From positions 1 through 64,000 of the IMG/VR virus record IMGVR_UViG_3300033075_001504: a stretch of 64,000 nucleotides of DNA; one strand, written 5' to 3'. Below the pieces are notes generated by a model, which searched no databases, had not been told where the DNA came from, and saw only the letters and a list, made by a program, of their open reading frames with translations. Below, piece after piece: positions 27,511 to 36,389 of this stretch. The DNA comes from a virus. Taxonomy: Duplodnaviria; Caudoviricetes. Numbering within the stretch: the stretch's first letter is position 1; each line of letters starts with the position of its first letter. The position numbers were made by a program, and so were the translations under genes.

Positions 27511-28308
27511 CTAGTAGGGGATCTTCTCCGCGGCGTTGACGATCGCGTCGATGATCTCCGCCTTCTCCTCGAGCTTGGAGGTGTCGATCCCCTCCTTCTC
27601 GGCGAGCGCGAGCAGCTCGGACAGCTTCATGGAGTGGAGCTGCTCCTCGGTCAGCACCACGTCCTCGTCCGTGCCGGTCTCGCCCTCGCTGCTCTTGACC
27701 TTGCCCTCCTCCTTCCACCGCTCGATCTGGTCGTCGACCGTCTCGCGGCGGCGGGGCTTGCGCACCTCCGTGTCCTTGGCCTTGGGCGCAGCGGAGGCGA
27801 ACTCCTCAGCCGAGCCCGGGCCCCAGACGTCCTCGAACATCGAGAGCAGGATGTCCTGGATGTCGGGCAGGTCGTACTGGGAGGTGTCGATCTTGTACTT
27901 CTCCTCCTGCTCCACGTCGTACTCGGTGTTGAGGGACTGACCCTCCTTCACCAGGGTGAAGTCGCGGGAGGTGATGCTGCCGTCGTTGCGGGCGGCCCGG
28001 CTCTCGCACTTCTTCTTGATGGTGGTGGGGAGCTTGAGCGGGACCACCTCGCCGGTGTCCACCTTGAGCACCACCGTGCCCCAGCGACGGGTCGCCTTCT
28101 GGACGCTCTCGTCCTCGTGGGTGCAGCCCGGGCAGGTCATCCGGTCGCCCGTGCAGGGGAACGCCTGCTTGTTGGTGTAGTGCTCGTAGTAGCCGATCCA
28201 CTCCGGGATCTCCTGGAGGAAGCGGACCTTGGTGTCGCCGGACTTCAGCGGGCGCAGGTACTCGCCCGAGGTGTCGCTGGTCTCGCTGGCAGGGGTGCCG
28301 AATCGCAT
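27511..28308 (-). CDS. ssb: gp32-like single-stranded DNA-binding protein with C-terminal helix-extension-helix domain
   Basis: GDTKVRFL...YYEHY...PCTG..CPGC Zn site; acidic linker; MKLSELLALAEKEGI...KAEIIDAI tail. Confidence 0.75.
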   Translation of the reverse strand: MRFGTPASETSDTSGEYLRPLKSGDTKVRFLQEIPEWIGYYEHYTNKQAFPCTGDRMTCPGCTHEDESVQKATRRWGTVVLKVDTGEVVPLKLPTTIKKKCESRAARNDGSITSRDFTLVKEGQSLNTEYDVEQEEKYKIDTSQYDLPDIQDILLSMFEDVWGPGSAEEFASAAPKAKDTEVRKPRRRETVDDQIERWKEEGKVKSSEGETGTDEDVVLTEEQLHSMKLSELLALAEKEGIDTSKLEEKAEIIDAIVNAAEKIPY

Positions 28309-28381
28309 GCTGTCTCCTGTGTGTGCGGTGCCCCGGCGGGGCGTGCAGGTCAGTTCTATCGCCTGGATCTGACAGTGGGCA

Positions 28382-28399
28382 ATAGTCAGTTGTGACTAG
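28382..28399. promoter_or_regulatory. Palindromic operator TAGTCA-N4-TGACTA abutting the putative ssb promoter
   Basis: ATAGTCAGTTGTGACTAG, 16/18 identical to 34004-34021; followed on the minus strand by TTGCCC-18-TAGAAC. Confidence 0.7.
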
Positions 28400-28574
28400 T
28401 CCTCTTGCGCCGCGCCTTGCGCTCGGTGTGGTCATCGATCGCGGCCTGCCCGGTCAGGACGGTGGTCTCGGGCATGGGCCGCTGGTAGAACTCGCCGGTG
28501 CGCACCTTGGCCGTCCTGGGCTCGCGCTGCTTGGAACCGTGCGGGTCGAACGGGATCTTCTTCCACATGCCCAT
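28386..28574 (-). CDS. Small basic hypothetical protein
   Basis: 62 aa ORF with RBS. Confidence 0.6.
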   Translation of the reverse strand: MGMWKKIPFDPHGSKQREPRTAKVRTGEFYQRPMPETTVLTGQAAIDDHTERKARRKRTSHN

Positions 28575-28577
28575 GTG

Positions 28578-28868
28578 CTACTCCTTGGCCTCGGCAGCGA
28601 TCTCCTGGCCCGCGGCGACGATGAGGTTGGCCACGGCGCGCACCACGACGGCGTTGGCCGCGTCGATGGCGTCCTCGGAGTCCTCGTAGCCCGCACTCTC
28701 CCAGGCGATCTTGGTGTCCACGAACACCTGGCCCAGCCAGCCGTCCTGGGTCTGCACGGCCTTGGTGGCGACCAGTGCCTTGGGGGCCTTCTCCGGGCGC
28801 GAGCCCTGCGAGGGGAGGATGGTCCAGGTCGTCCCGGACGTGGTGATGTTGGTGCTGTAGTCGGCCAT
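28578..28868 (-). CDS. Hypothetical protein
   Basis: AGGAG RBS then ATG (MADYSTN...). Confidence 0.7.
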   Translation of the reverse strand: MADYSTNITTSGTTWTILPSQGSRPEKAPKALVATKAVQTQDGWLGQVFVDTKIAWESAGYEDSEDAIDAANAVVVRAVANLIVAAGQEIAAEAKE

Positions 28869-28876
28869 GACTGCTC

Positions 28877-29080
28877 CTACTCGTTGTCCATGATGCGCTG
28901 CACGGTGGCGTCCACGACCGTGTTGAGCGCCTTCTCCAGCTCGGCCTGCGTGCGGGCCAGGTGGTCGTCGAAGGCCTCGCCCTCGACCGCCTCGATGGTG
29001 ACCTCGGCCTTGGGCCAGGCCTTGGCTCGGTGCTTGCCCACGGTGATCTCGTGGGTGCACCCCAGGGTGATGCTGTTCAT
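28877..29080 (-). CDS. Hypothetical protein
   Basis: 67 aa, coupled start. Confidence 0.7.
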   Translation of the reverse strand: MNSITLGCTHEITVGKHRAKAWPKAEVTIEAVEGEAFDDHLARTQAELEKALNTVVDATVQRIMDNE

Positions 29081-29634
29081 GCGGGGAAGTCCTTTCGCTT
29101 GATCTTGGCCATCCGGCCGTCGCGGTGGTGGAAGACGATGCCCTCATAGGTCCAGTCCGGCCCGGTGAGCAGCGCTCGAAGGGCCTCGTAGGAGCGGTCG
29201 GGGATGTCGATGATCTGCGCGGAGGCGTGCCAGACCAGGGTGTGCGCCTCGTACCCCTCGGGGTTGCCGTTGATCTTCGGCCCGCACAGCTCGTAGGTCC
29301 CCTCGGGCCAGTTGTCGTCCGCGCTGTCGACGTAGGCCTGGAGGAAGTACTTGTGGAACGACGAGCCCTCGATCGGCTCCCATCCGATGGTCTTGCCGGT
29401 GGTGGTGTCGTGCTGGACGGCTACGAACCCCGCAGGGCTCTCCTTGCCCGCCTTGACCTCGCGGCGGGCGAACCAGGCCCCGCTGAGCGAGTGGGTCACG
29501 CAGGTCCCGTCGTACTTGCGGGTGGCCGTGCCCTCGCCCTCGAACACCCACAGGCAGGAGGGCTCCGGGGTGCTGGTCACCCACTTGCCGTCCACGGACC
29601 AGTCCCGGACGAAGATCGTGGGGATCTTCCTCAT
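29077..29634 (-). CDS. RNA ligase (minimal Rnl2-like/DUF5565-type nucleotidyltransferase)
   Basis: Motif I ATRKYDG, motif III YELCGPKINGNP, motif IV EGIVF, motif V MAKIK. Confidence 0.8.
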   Translation of the reverse strand: MRKIPTIFVRDWSVDGKWVTSTPEPSCLWVFEGEGTATRKYDGTCVTHSLSGAWFARREVKAGKESPAGFVAVQHDTTTGKTIGWEPIEGSSFHKYFLQAYVDSADDNWPEGTYELCGPKINGNPEGYEAHTLVWHASAQIIDIPDRSYEALRALLTGPDWTYEGIVFHHRDGRMAKIKRKDFPA

Positions 29635-30110
29635 GGCTTCTCCGTCCTCTTGAGCTCGGCGTTGATCTCGCGCAGCTTGCGCTTGGCGGCGTTGATCGCC
29701 ACCTCGTGCTCCTTGGGCCCCTCGCGGGTGAGCTTGTCGATGCGGTTGCGGTAGTACCAGGCCCGGGCGGAGAGCTTGGTGCGGGCGGCGCGCTCCTCGG
29801 GGGAGTAGCGGGCCGGACGCCCCGGCAGCACCATCGCGAACGGGGTGGGTGCCGACCGCTTGGCCAGCACCCCGCGGACCCGCTCGATGTCGTCGGGGGA
29901 GTAGAGGTAGATCATCATCTTGCCGAAGGGGATGTACTGGCGCGGTGCGCCGTCCGGGTCGCCGCCCTCGGTGGCGTCCTTGATCAGCGCCCGCAGCGTG
30001 CTCTCGGGCACGCCCAGCATCTCGGCCGCCTCGGACAGCTTGTAGTACTCGCCCTCCAGCGAGCGGACCAGGCGGGTGGCGGGGTCCATCGGCTTGGCGG
30101 TCTTGGTCAC
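29631..30110 (-). CDS. HTH DNA-binding protein (MerR/excisionase-like)
   Basis: YYKLSEAAEMLGVPESTLR...YLYSPDDIERV. Confidence 0.7.
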   Translation of the reverse strand: MTKTAKPMDPATRLVRSLEGEYYKLSEAAEMLGVPESTLRALIKDATEGGDPDGAPRQYIPFGKMMIYLYSPDDIERVRGVLAKRSAPTPFAMVLPGRPARYSPEERAARTKLSARAWYYRNRIDKLTREGPKEHEVAINAAKRKLREINAELKRTEKP

Positions 30111-30556
30111 AGCGTCTCGACCTCCACCTGGAAGCCGTAGCCGTAGTAGAAGGGATTGCCGCACGACCAGGCCACCTTCATCTCCAGCACGTCGCCCGCG
30201 TCGGCGTAGAAGTGCCAGGTGGTGTAGAGGTCGGTGGTGCCCACCCCGGTGATGATGTGGTCGATCTTGTCCGCGTGCAGGAGGAACTCCTCGACCTGGG
30301 TGTAGGCGCAGCAGTCCTCGATCCCCTTGACCCGTGCACGGGTCCCGTCGTCCAGGGTGATGACCAGGCCGGGGCTCCATCGTGCACCGTCCTGCTCCAC
30401 CGCGACGATGCGGTGCCCGACCACCGCTTCGGCGACGCGCTCCAGGCTCGCGGGCATGGTCCCGTCGTCCTCGGCCGTGGTGGTCGTGTAGGTGTAGCCG
30501 TTGCGGGACGTGACGGTCGTCTTGATGTTGAGCTCCTCCGCGGGGTACTCAGGCAT
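30107..30556 (-). CDS. Conserved actinophage hypothetical protein
   Basis: VVGHRIVAVE...DCCAYT...CGNPFYYGYGF. Confidence 0.7.
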   Translation of the reverse strand: MPEYPAEELNIKTTVTSRNGYTYTTTTAEDDGTMPASLERVAEAVVGHRIVAVEQDGARWSPGLVITLDDGTRARVKGIEDCCAYTQVEEFLLHADKIDHIITGVGTTDLYTTWHFYADAGDVLEMKVAWSCGNPFYYGYGFQVEVETL

Positions 30557-30950
30557 CGGGGTCCTCCTTCACGGTGGAGAGGCTGATGGTGGGGCGCTTG
30601 GTCTTCACCTCGAGGTACTGCCCGGCGACCAGCGGGTCCACCTCGCCGTTCTCGATGGCGGCCTTGAGCAGCGGCTGGGAGAGCTTGGTCACGCTGACCT
30701 TGCGCCAGACCTTGGCTCCCAGCGCCTTCTTGAGCCCGCGCTCGTCCACATTGGCGATGTAGTCGCTCTGACTGCGGGTGACGCGCAGCTTGCGGTCCCC
30801 GTAGTCCACGGTGAATGACTTGAAGCCTGCCAGCTCCAGCAGGGTGGCCACGCGGTCCTGGGCGTCCTCGCGGCGCTCGGTGGCTGCGGCCTCGGCGGCC
30901 TTGGCGGACTCGTACTCCAGGACGGCCTCGGCGAGTTCTCGATCTGTCAT
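30549..30950 (-). CDS. Hypothetical protein (coiled coil plus beta domain)
   Basis: 133 aa ORF after the primase. Confidence 0.7.
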   Translation of the reverse strand: MTDRELAEAVLEYESAKAAEAAATERREDAQDRVATLLELAGFKSFTVDYGDRKLRVTRSQSDYIANVDERGLKKALGAKVWRKVSVTKLSQPLLKAAIENGEVDPLVAGQYLEVKTKRPTISLSTVKEDPDA

Positions 30951-30960
30951 GGACTCGACC

Positions 30961-31824
30961 CTACTCGATAGTGGGGAAGTGTGTAAGAGCCCGGGAGAGG
31001 ATGGTGACGCGGTCCTCGGCCTTGAGGTCGCCGAGGTCCTTGCCCGCGGGCAGGTTGGCGCTCTCGGCGAACACCCCGAGCAGGTCCAGCTCGTGCAGGG
31101 CGGCCCGCTGGCCCTTGCGTCCCCACTCGTCGCCGTTGAACGCGACGATGACGTGCTGGGGCTCCAGGCGCATCAGCAGGACGATCTGCTGGGGGTGCAG
31201 CACCTTGCCGTAGCAGCCCAGGGTGAGGACGGGAGCGAACACACGGGCGCACTCGTCTAGGTCGTCCTCGACCTCGGTGACCGCGACGTTGTCGGGCATC
31301 CCCTCGACCAGGATCACCGTGCCCGGCCAGCGCTCGTGGCGGCGGTGGTAGCCCGACAGGTGCTGGGAGGCGTCCACGCCCGAGGGGTAGCGGTACTTGG
31401 GCTTCTCCCCCGGCAGGCCGCGCTCGACCACGCCGAACACCTCGCCGTCGTCCCCGCGGAAGGGGTAGACGGCCCGGTTCTTGAGGTAGTCCCAGCCGAG
31501 CCGGTGCTTGCGGCAGGCCTCCTCGGTGAAGCGGGACAGCCAGTAGTCCCCGGGGCCGGAGCCGTCGAACTGGTCGAGCCAGGACTCGGCGTAGTAGTGC
31601 CTGCCCTCCAGGCGGTCCAGGCCGTCGATGGCGGCGTCGAGCAGCAGGTCGGGGTCGGGCTGGTAGTTCTGCGCCAGGCCCTTGGCCCCGCAGGACATGC
31701 AGACCCACTTGCCGGTCTCGACGTTTACCCGGGCCGAGGGGTTGGTGTCCTGGTGGACCGGGCAGGAGAAGGTGCGCCAGGTCCCGCGACCGGTGGCGAG
31801 CGCCTCCTCGATGGTGATCATCAT
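30961..31824 (-). CDS. DNA primase (Zn finger plus TOPRIM)
   Basis: CPVHQDTNPS...CMSC; LVEGMPD; next to the helicase. Confidence 0.88.
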   Translation of the reverse strand: MMITIEEALATGRGTWRTFSCPVHQDTNPSARVNVETGKWVCMSCGAKGLAQNYQPDPDLLLDAAIDGLDRLEGRHYYAESWLDQFDGSGPGDYWLSRFTEEACRKHRLGWDYLKNRAVYPFRGDDGEVFGVVERGLPGEKPKYRYPSGVDASQHLSGYHRRHERWPGTVILVEGMPDNVAVTEVEDDLDECARVFAPVLTLGCYGKVLHPQQIVLLMRLEPQHVIVAFNGDEWGRKGQRAALHELDLLGVFAESANLPAGKDLGDLKAEDRVTILSRALTHFPTIE

Positions 31825-32060
31825 CGTCGGCCTCCTCTGGGGCAGGTGCCGTGCCGAGGGCAGTACGTCTTGCTCTCCTCATCCTTCTCCACGCAGGGGA
31901 TGCAGGTGGAACCGTGCCCCTCCGGCTTGACGGTGGCCTTGGCCGGGTCGGGCTCAATCCCGCAGAAGGTGATGGGCTTGTGGATCTCGCAGCAGGCGAT
32001 GTGGACCTTGGGGCCCAGTGCCGCTCGCTCGTCGAGCTGCTCCTCGGTCTTGGTGCTCAC
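31821..32060 (-). CDS. Cys-rich hypothetical protein
   Basis: HIACC...FCG...CIPC...CPRHGTC; coupled. Confidence 0.6.
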   Translation of the reverse strand: MSTKTEEQLDERAALGPKVHIACCEIHKPITFCGIEPDPAKATVKPEGHGSTCIPCVEKDEESKTYCPRHGTCPRGGRR

Positions 32061-32311
32061 GACTGCCCCCTGGCGATGCGGGCGGCGTCCTGGCGTATGC
32101 GCGCTGGGGTGAGGGTGACCCTGTCCCCATAGAGGGCTAGGGGCAGCGCCTCGATGTCGGCGGCGATGCGCTCGCGGACCTCGGCCTCGATGATTGGGCG
32201 GGCAGCGGCGACGGCGGCGCGCGCCTCGACGACTTCCCACGGTGCCTTCGCATCGAACTCGGCGTGACGGATCGCCTCGGCGGCTGCCGTGACGGCGGGG
32301 TCGGTGGTCAT
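32057..32311 (-). CDS. Hypothetical protein
   Basis: Coupled at both ends. Confidence 0.6.
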   Translation of the reverse strand: MTTDPAVTAAAEAIRHAEFDAKAPWEVVEARAAVAAARPIIEAEVRERIAADIEALPLALYGDRVTLTPARIRQDAARIARGQS

Positions 32312-32565
32312 TCGCCCATCCCCTCCAGGCACTCAGGGCAGACCATCTTCAGGTCGCTGCCCTCGTTAACCCCGCACACCGCGCACGGGATGGTGATCCT
32401 CTGCTGGAGGATGGACAGGTCGCGCTGGAGCTCGTTGAGCCGGACCTCCAGGGCGAAGTTCTTGCGCCACTCCCCGCGCAGCGCCTCGATGAGGTTCTCC
32501 AGGCGCTCCACGGACATCCCGCGGAGGCCCTCCTGCTCGTAGCGGATCAGATCTGCGTGCTTCAT
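32308..32565 (-). CDS. Coiled-coil plus Zn-ribbon hypothetical protein
   Basis: CAVC...CPEC. Confidence 0.65.
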   Translation of the reverse strand: MKHADLIRYEQEGLRGMSVERLENLIEALRGEWRKNFALEVRLNELQRDLSILQQRITIPCAVCGVNEGSDLKMVCPECLEGMGE

Positions 32566-32705
32566 CGGTACACCTCCAGCATGAGGACCTCGCGCGCCCT
32601 GACGTGCGGGTCGTAGCCGTGCTCGCGGCAGTAGTCCAGCCAGTCGGCGAGGTCGTCGGCGGTGAGCTTGAGGTGGAACACCACTCCGGCGTCGTCAGTC
32701 GTCAT
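32562..32705 (-). CDS. Small hypothetical protein (possible ribbon-helix-helix)
   Basis: 47 aa, overlaps the helicase end. Confidence 0.5.
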   Translation of the reverse strand: MTTDDAGVVFHLKLTADDLADWLDYCREHGYDPHVRAREVLMLEVYR

Positions 32706-33939
32706 AGTCCTCGTTGTCCTTGATGTGCTCGGCCATCTCACGGGTGATCTCGGCGAAGTTGGCGGTGTCGACGTTGAAGTGGGACCAGAACAGCCGGTCA
32801 CTGGGGCCGTCGCGGTTCTTGTCGAGCAGGTAGACCATCGTGGAGTTGGAGAACCGGCGCATCGTCACCACCACGTCGGAGTCCTGCCCGATCGCGTCGG
32901 ACTGCGAGAGGAACTTCGCCCGCGGCGGCCGCCAGGTCCCCGTGTCGCCCTCCCGGTTGATCTGGGACAGCGCCACCACGCGGGTCTTCTTGGCCAGTGC
33001 GATCTCCTTGAGCTCGTTGGAGATCACCGCCATGTTCCTCCAGTCGTCCACCGCCCTTCCCCCGGCACTGCCGCGCATGAGGCCCAGGTGGTCCACGATG
33101 TGCAGGTCCGCGGCGTCGGCGTGACCGGCGATGGCGGCCGGGGTGATCGTCAGGTCGGAGGAGTCCAGGACGAACAGGTTGCCCATCACGTTGTCGCGGA
33201 TGGAGGCCAGCAGATCGCGGTACTCCCGCTTGGAGTAGGTGCCGCCCTTGAGCTCGTTGAAGGTGACCCCGAAGTTGAGGCACGGCGCGAGCAGCGCGTG
33301 CATCCGCTGGTGCACCTGCTTGCGTGGCATCTCCATGCTCCAGAACACCACCCGCCTCCCGGCCAGGATGGCGTCGCGGGCGATCACCAGCGCGGTCCAG
33401 GACTTCCCCATCCCCATCCGGGCGGCGAAGGTCCAGAACTGCCCGGGACCGATCCCGCCCGTGCAGGCCTGGAGGGTGTCCCAGGGGACCGGCACGGAGT
33501 CCACGAACTCCCCGTGGTGCTCGAGGAAGCCGTCGTCGGCCAGCGAGTCCACCAGTGACTTGGTGCCGGTCACGGGCGCGAAGGAGTTCCACTCCAGCAT
33601 CGCCGCGTCCAGGTCGCCGAAGCGCAGTTGCTCGACGGTGGAGCGCACCGCCTTGGCCAGCTCGCGGCGGTTGTACTCGTCGCGGACGTCGTCGGCGGAG
33701 AACCGGACGTCCTCGTTGGGGGTGTAGGAGAAGGACGGGAAGCGCTGGACCAGCACCTCGGGGGAGGGGCACTCCCCGTAGGTCTGCTGGTAGGACATGA
33801 GGAACCGGTACTCGGCCTGGTAGCCCGCGAACATCTCGGGGGTGATCCCCAGCCGCTGGGCGGCATGGGCATCGCGGAGCGAGACGAGCGCGGAGATGAG
33901 GTACGCCTCCGAGGAGTGACGACGCACACTATCCCCCAC
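32695..33939 (-). CDS. dnaB: DnaB-like replicative helicase
   Basis: FAARMGMGKS (Walker A), IVDHLGL (Walker B), LSQINR, SDAIGQDSD, KNRDG. Confidence 0.92.
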   Translation of the reverse strand: MGDSVRRHSSEAYLISALVSLRDAHAAQRLGITPEMFAGYQAEYRFLMSYQQTYGECPSPEVLVQRFPSFSYTPNEDVRFSADDVRDEYNRRELAKAVRSTVEQLRFGDLDAAMLEWNSFAPVTGTKSLVDSLADDGFLEHHGEFVDSVPVPWDTLQACTGGIGPGQFWTFAARMGMGKSWTALVIARDAILAGRRVVFWSMEMPRKQVHQRMHALLAPCLNFGVTFNELKGGTYSKREYRDLLASIRDNVMGNLFVLDSSDLTITPAAIAGHADAADLHIVDHLGLMRGSAGGRAVDDWRNMAVISNELKEIALAKKTRVVALSQINREGDTGTWRPPRAKFLSQSDAIGQDSDVVVTMRRFSNSTMVYLLDKNRDGPSDRLFWSHFNVDTANFAEITREMAEHIKDNEDYDD

Positions 33940-34003
33940 TCTCTAGTTAGTTTGCTTCTAGCGGTCGGAGCCCGAACGTATCGCGCCCTGGATGCGAAGG
34001 TCG

Positions 34004-34021
34004 ATAGTCAGTTCTGACTAT
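34004..34021. promoter_or_regulatory. Palindromic operator abutting the putative leftward dnaB promoter
   Basis: ATAGTCAG-TT-CTGACTAT perfect inverted repeat; followed on the minus strand by TCGACC-18-TACGTT. Confidence 0.7.
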
Positions 34022-34095
34022 GCCCGTGGTGCGGACCTCCACGGTCGTCCGCGGCCGTCGGCGGACACAACCTCGGGAAAGCAGCAGGCCCGCCC

Positions 34096-34124
34096 TTGAC
34101 CGGAGTCGAGAGCGGGCCTACCGT
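34096..34124 (+). promoter_or_regulatory. SigA-type promoter of the early block
   Basis: TTGACC-17 nt-TACCGT at the strand switch. Confidence 0.7.
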
Positions 34125-34374
34125 GCGTTTCGTCCAAGAAGCCGCGGATGGAGCGTATCAACTCCTCTGCGGCGAGATCCAGACCCGCAGGAGTCGAGTT
34201 GCCGCCATAGCCGCCGCATCGCGGCGTAGGTCCCCGCGCGCGAAGTAGGGACCAGCGGTTGACCAGTATGCCGGAGGAAGCACTGGCCCCGCCTCGTGTC
34301 CCACGCGGGCGCAGGTAGGGCAGCTATGCCTCGGACCGGTGGTTGGAAGCCGCTCTGAAGGGCAGTGCCCCACC

Positions 34375-34581
34375 ATGTCCACCTTCCCCAATCACCTTCT
34401 AATCCTCATCAAGACCCTCTATCCTGAGTCCGTGGTCGAGATGGAGGACTTCGCCGAGTGCAGCAGGTGCGAGTGCCTGCTGTTCCCTGGCGACCTCGCT
34501 CTCCCCGTCACCGAGGACACCATCCTCTGTGAGAAGTGCGGCCATACCCTTGCGTCCCGCAGGGTGGTCGTATACACTTAG
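34375..34581 (+). CDS. Zn-finger-like hypothetical protein (68 aa)
   Basis: CSRC...CEKC; weak RBS. Confidence 0.5.
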   Translation: MSTFPNHLLILIKTLYPESVVEMEDFAECSRCECLLFPGDLALPVTEDTILCEKCGHTLASRRVVVYT

Positions 34582-34620
34582 ATCAGAACGTCGCGGACAG
34601 TCATGCCCGCGATGAAGCCA

Positions 34621-34659
34621 CGAAGGCCCCCGCAGAAGCACACGCTGCGGGGGTCTTCG
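34621..34659 (+). terminator. Hairpin/terminator
   Basis: CGAAGGCCCCCGCAG...CTGCGGGGGTCTTCG stem, then TCGTATCGGAGG. Confidence 0.65.
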
Positions 34660-34678
34660 TCGTATCGGGAGGTTCGAC

Positions 34679-35077
34679 ATGAGTGACACGAAGGTTCTGC
34701 ACTTCGGGATCTACCCGCTCGACCGGGAGGACGAGGCTTGCTTCAGCGGCTTCAAGGACTCCACAACCGCCAAGGACTACTGGTTCAAGACGCTGGTAGG
34801 TCCGGTGACCGTCCAGATCGAGGGCTCCTGGAAGTGCTGGGGGACCGCCGACCAGGACACCGACGGGGACAACAGCCTGCACCTGTGGATGTACGTCTCC
34901 CCGCGGGTGCAGCCCAACATCCTCGGGATCGTGTGGAACGAGATCGACCGCATCGCGCGGGAGAGCGGCAACGCCGCGCTCGACTTCGCGATCCTCACCA
35001 CCGAGGACTGGTCCGAAGTGGAGTCCGTCCTGACCTTCCGGGGCGGGTGCTTCCAGTACGCCGTGAAGGAGGCGTGA
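34679..35077 (+). CDS. Hypothetical protein
   Basis: GGAGG RBS; 132 aa. Confidence 0.75.
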   Translation: MSDTKVLHFGIYPLDREDEACFSGFKDSTTAKDYWFKTLVGPVTVQIEGSWKCWGTADQDTDGDNSLHLWMYVSPRVQPNILGIVWNEIDRIARESGNAALDFAILTTEDWSEVESVLTFRGGCFQYAVKEA

Positions 35078-35514
35078 TGTTCATCAGCATGTACTTCGAC
35101 CGGCAGGGACGGCCCATCACCCAGGATGAGTGGACCCACCTGTTCTCCGACGTGGCCTACAAGCGCGTGGCGGCCGACACCATCTGGTGGAAGGAGCGGT
35201 ACTCCCGCTTCCGCGTCCTCGACGTGCTCATCACGGTCTGGCGGGTGCTGTGGAACAAGCCCGTCCGCAAGTACGAGGTCTGGGTCTCCACCGTCTGGAT
35301 GGGTCTGGACCACGGATACCGGGCCACCGTCCCGATCATCTTCGAGACGATGGTCTTCGCCGAGGACGTGCCGCTCTGGGACGACTTCCAGGAGCGGTAC
35401 TCCACCGAGGAGGAGGCACGCCAGGCGCACGAGTCCATCGTGGCCTGCATCCGCGCGGGCGGCTCGCCCGAGCGCTGGTGGAAGGACAACCCGTACCGAG
35501 AGGACGCCATCTGA
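35077..35514 (+). CDS. Conserved phage hypothetical protein
   Basis: VSTVWMGLDH...IFETMVF...RYSTEEEA..AH, a motif I recognise from many phage proteins. Confidence 0.8.
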   Translation: MFISMYFDRQGRPITQDEWTHLFSDVAYKRVAADTIWWKERYSRFRVLDVLITVWRVLWNKPVRKYEVWVSTVWMGLDHGYRATVPIIFETMVFAEDVPLWDDFQERYSTEEEARQAHESIVACIRAGGSPERWWKDNPYREDAI

Positions 35515-35615
35515 TGCTCGACATGTGGCCCTGGCTGGCAGTCTGCGCAGCCGTCTCCGCAGCGATCGTCTACGCCTACAAACTCGGCGTGGAGGTCGGG
35601 AAGGACAAGCGATGA
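35514..35615 (+). CDS. Small membrane protein (33 aa)
   Basis: Single TM; coupled. Confidence 0.6.
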   Translation: MLDMWPWLAVCAAVSAAIVYAYKLGVEVGKDKR

Positions 35616-36055
35616 GGTTCGACAGCAGCATGGTCCCGACGAGCTACCTGCGGGACTACTGCCCGCCCGGCAAGCTCCCCGAGGGTCTCGAGGTCGAGGT
35701 CCTGCTCAAGGGGAAGATCAACAGCCGCGGCAACTTCGTGGCCGTTCTTCCCGACGATTCCGACGTGATGAGCGGGTACGGGCCCGAACAGAGGTTCGCC
35801 AGTATCTCCATCACCTGGCGGTCGCTGTTCGCGCTTCCGCGCGAGCAGGTCGCCGTCAAGGACGAGGGCCCTCCCCCGGGCTCGGTCCGGGTGGACCGTG
35901 CCGGGCTGCTCTGGATGCGGGTGGGCGATGCGTGGACCCGGCTCTCCACCACCGGCCATGCGTACGCCGTCCAGACCCGCCTGCTGTGGCCGGAGCTCCA
36001 GCGCGAGCGCGGGCCGATGAAGCCGATCCCCGAGGAGATCGGAGGAGCTCGGTGA
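35612..36055 (+). CDS. Hypothetical protein
   Basis: ATGA coupling; 147 aa. Confidence 0.7.
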   Translation: MRFDSSMVPTSYLRDYCPPGKLPEGLEVEVLLKGKINSRGNFVAVLPDDSDVMSGYGPEQRFASISITWRSLFALPREQVAVKDEGPPPGSVRVDRAGLLWMRVGDAWTRLSTTGHAYAVQTRLLWPELQRERGPMKPIPEEIGGAR

Positions 36056-36204
36056 TCCCGGTCGTCGTGGCCGGGATCGTGATCGGGCTGGTGTTGCTGG
36101 CGATCCTGCTGATCAACACCGCGCCCGCCCAGGAGGACCTCGGGTTCACCGACCCTCCTTCCCTGCTCGACGACCTGGACACCGACGAAGGGACACCGTG
36201 GTAA
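36052..36204 (+). CDS. Small membrane protein
   Basis: N-terminal TM and acidic tail. Confidence 0.6.
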   Translation: MIPVVVAGIVIGLVLLAILLINTAPAQEDLGFTDPPSLLDDLDTDEGTPW

Positions 36205-36389
36205 CCCACCGCCGCAAGGCGAACAAGCTCCATCGCTGCGGTTCGTGCGACGCCGCAATCAGACCTGGGGAGGCCTACCTGATCCACACGGCCTTCCCGA
36301 GCGACCTTCTGTGGTCTGGGGCGAAGCCGCAGCAGATCAAGGAGTGCGCTACGTGCGCCACGAGGTACGGGCGAGGAGGCCTGTTGTGA
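36198..36389 (+). CDS. Zn-finger-like protein
   Basis: CGSC..AIRPGE.Y...CATC. Confidence 0.65.
   Translation: MVTHRRKANKLHRCGSCDAAIRPGEAYLIHTAFPSDLLWSGAKPQQIKECATCATRYGRGGLL

Noticed and set aside
29631-30110. Lysogeny module (excisionase-like HTH)
   Set aside because: No integrase or repressor-operator switch in the window; lifestyle cannot be determined.
34259-34290. Second TTGACC promoter
   Set aside because: No TAnnnT -10 at 16-19 nt spacing.
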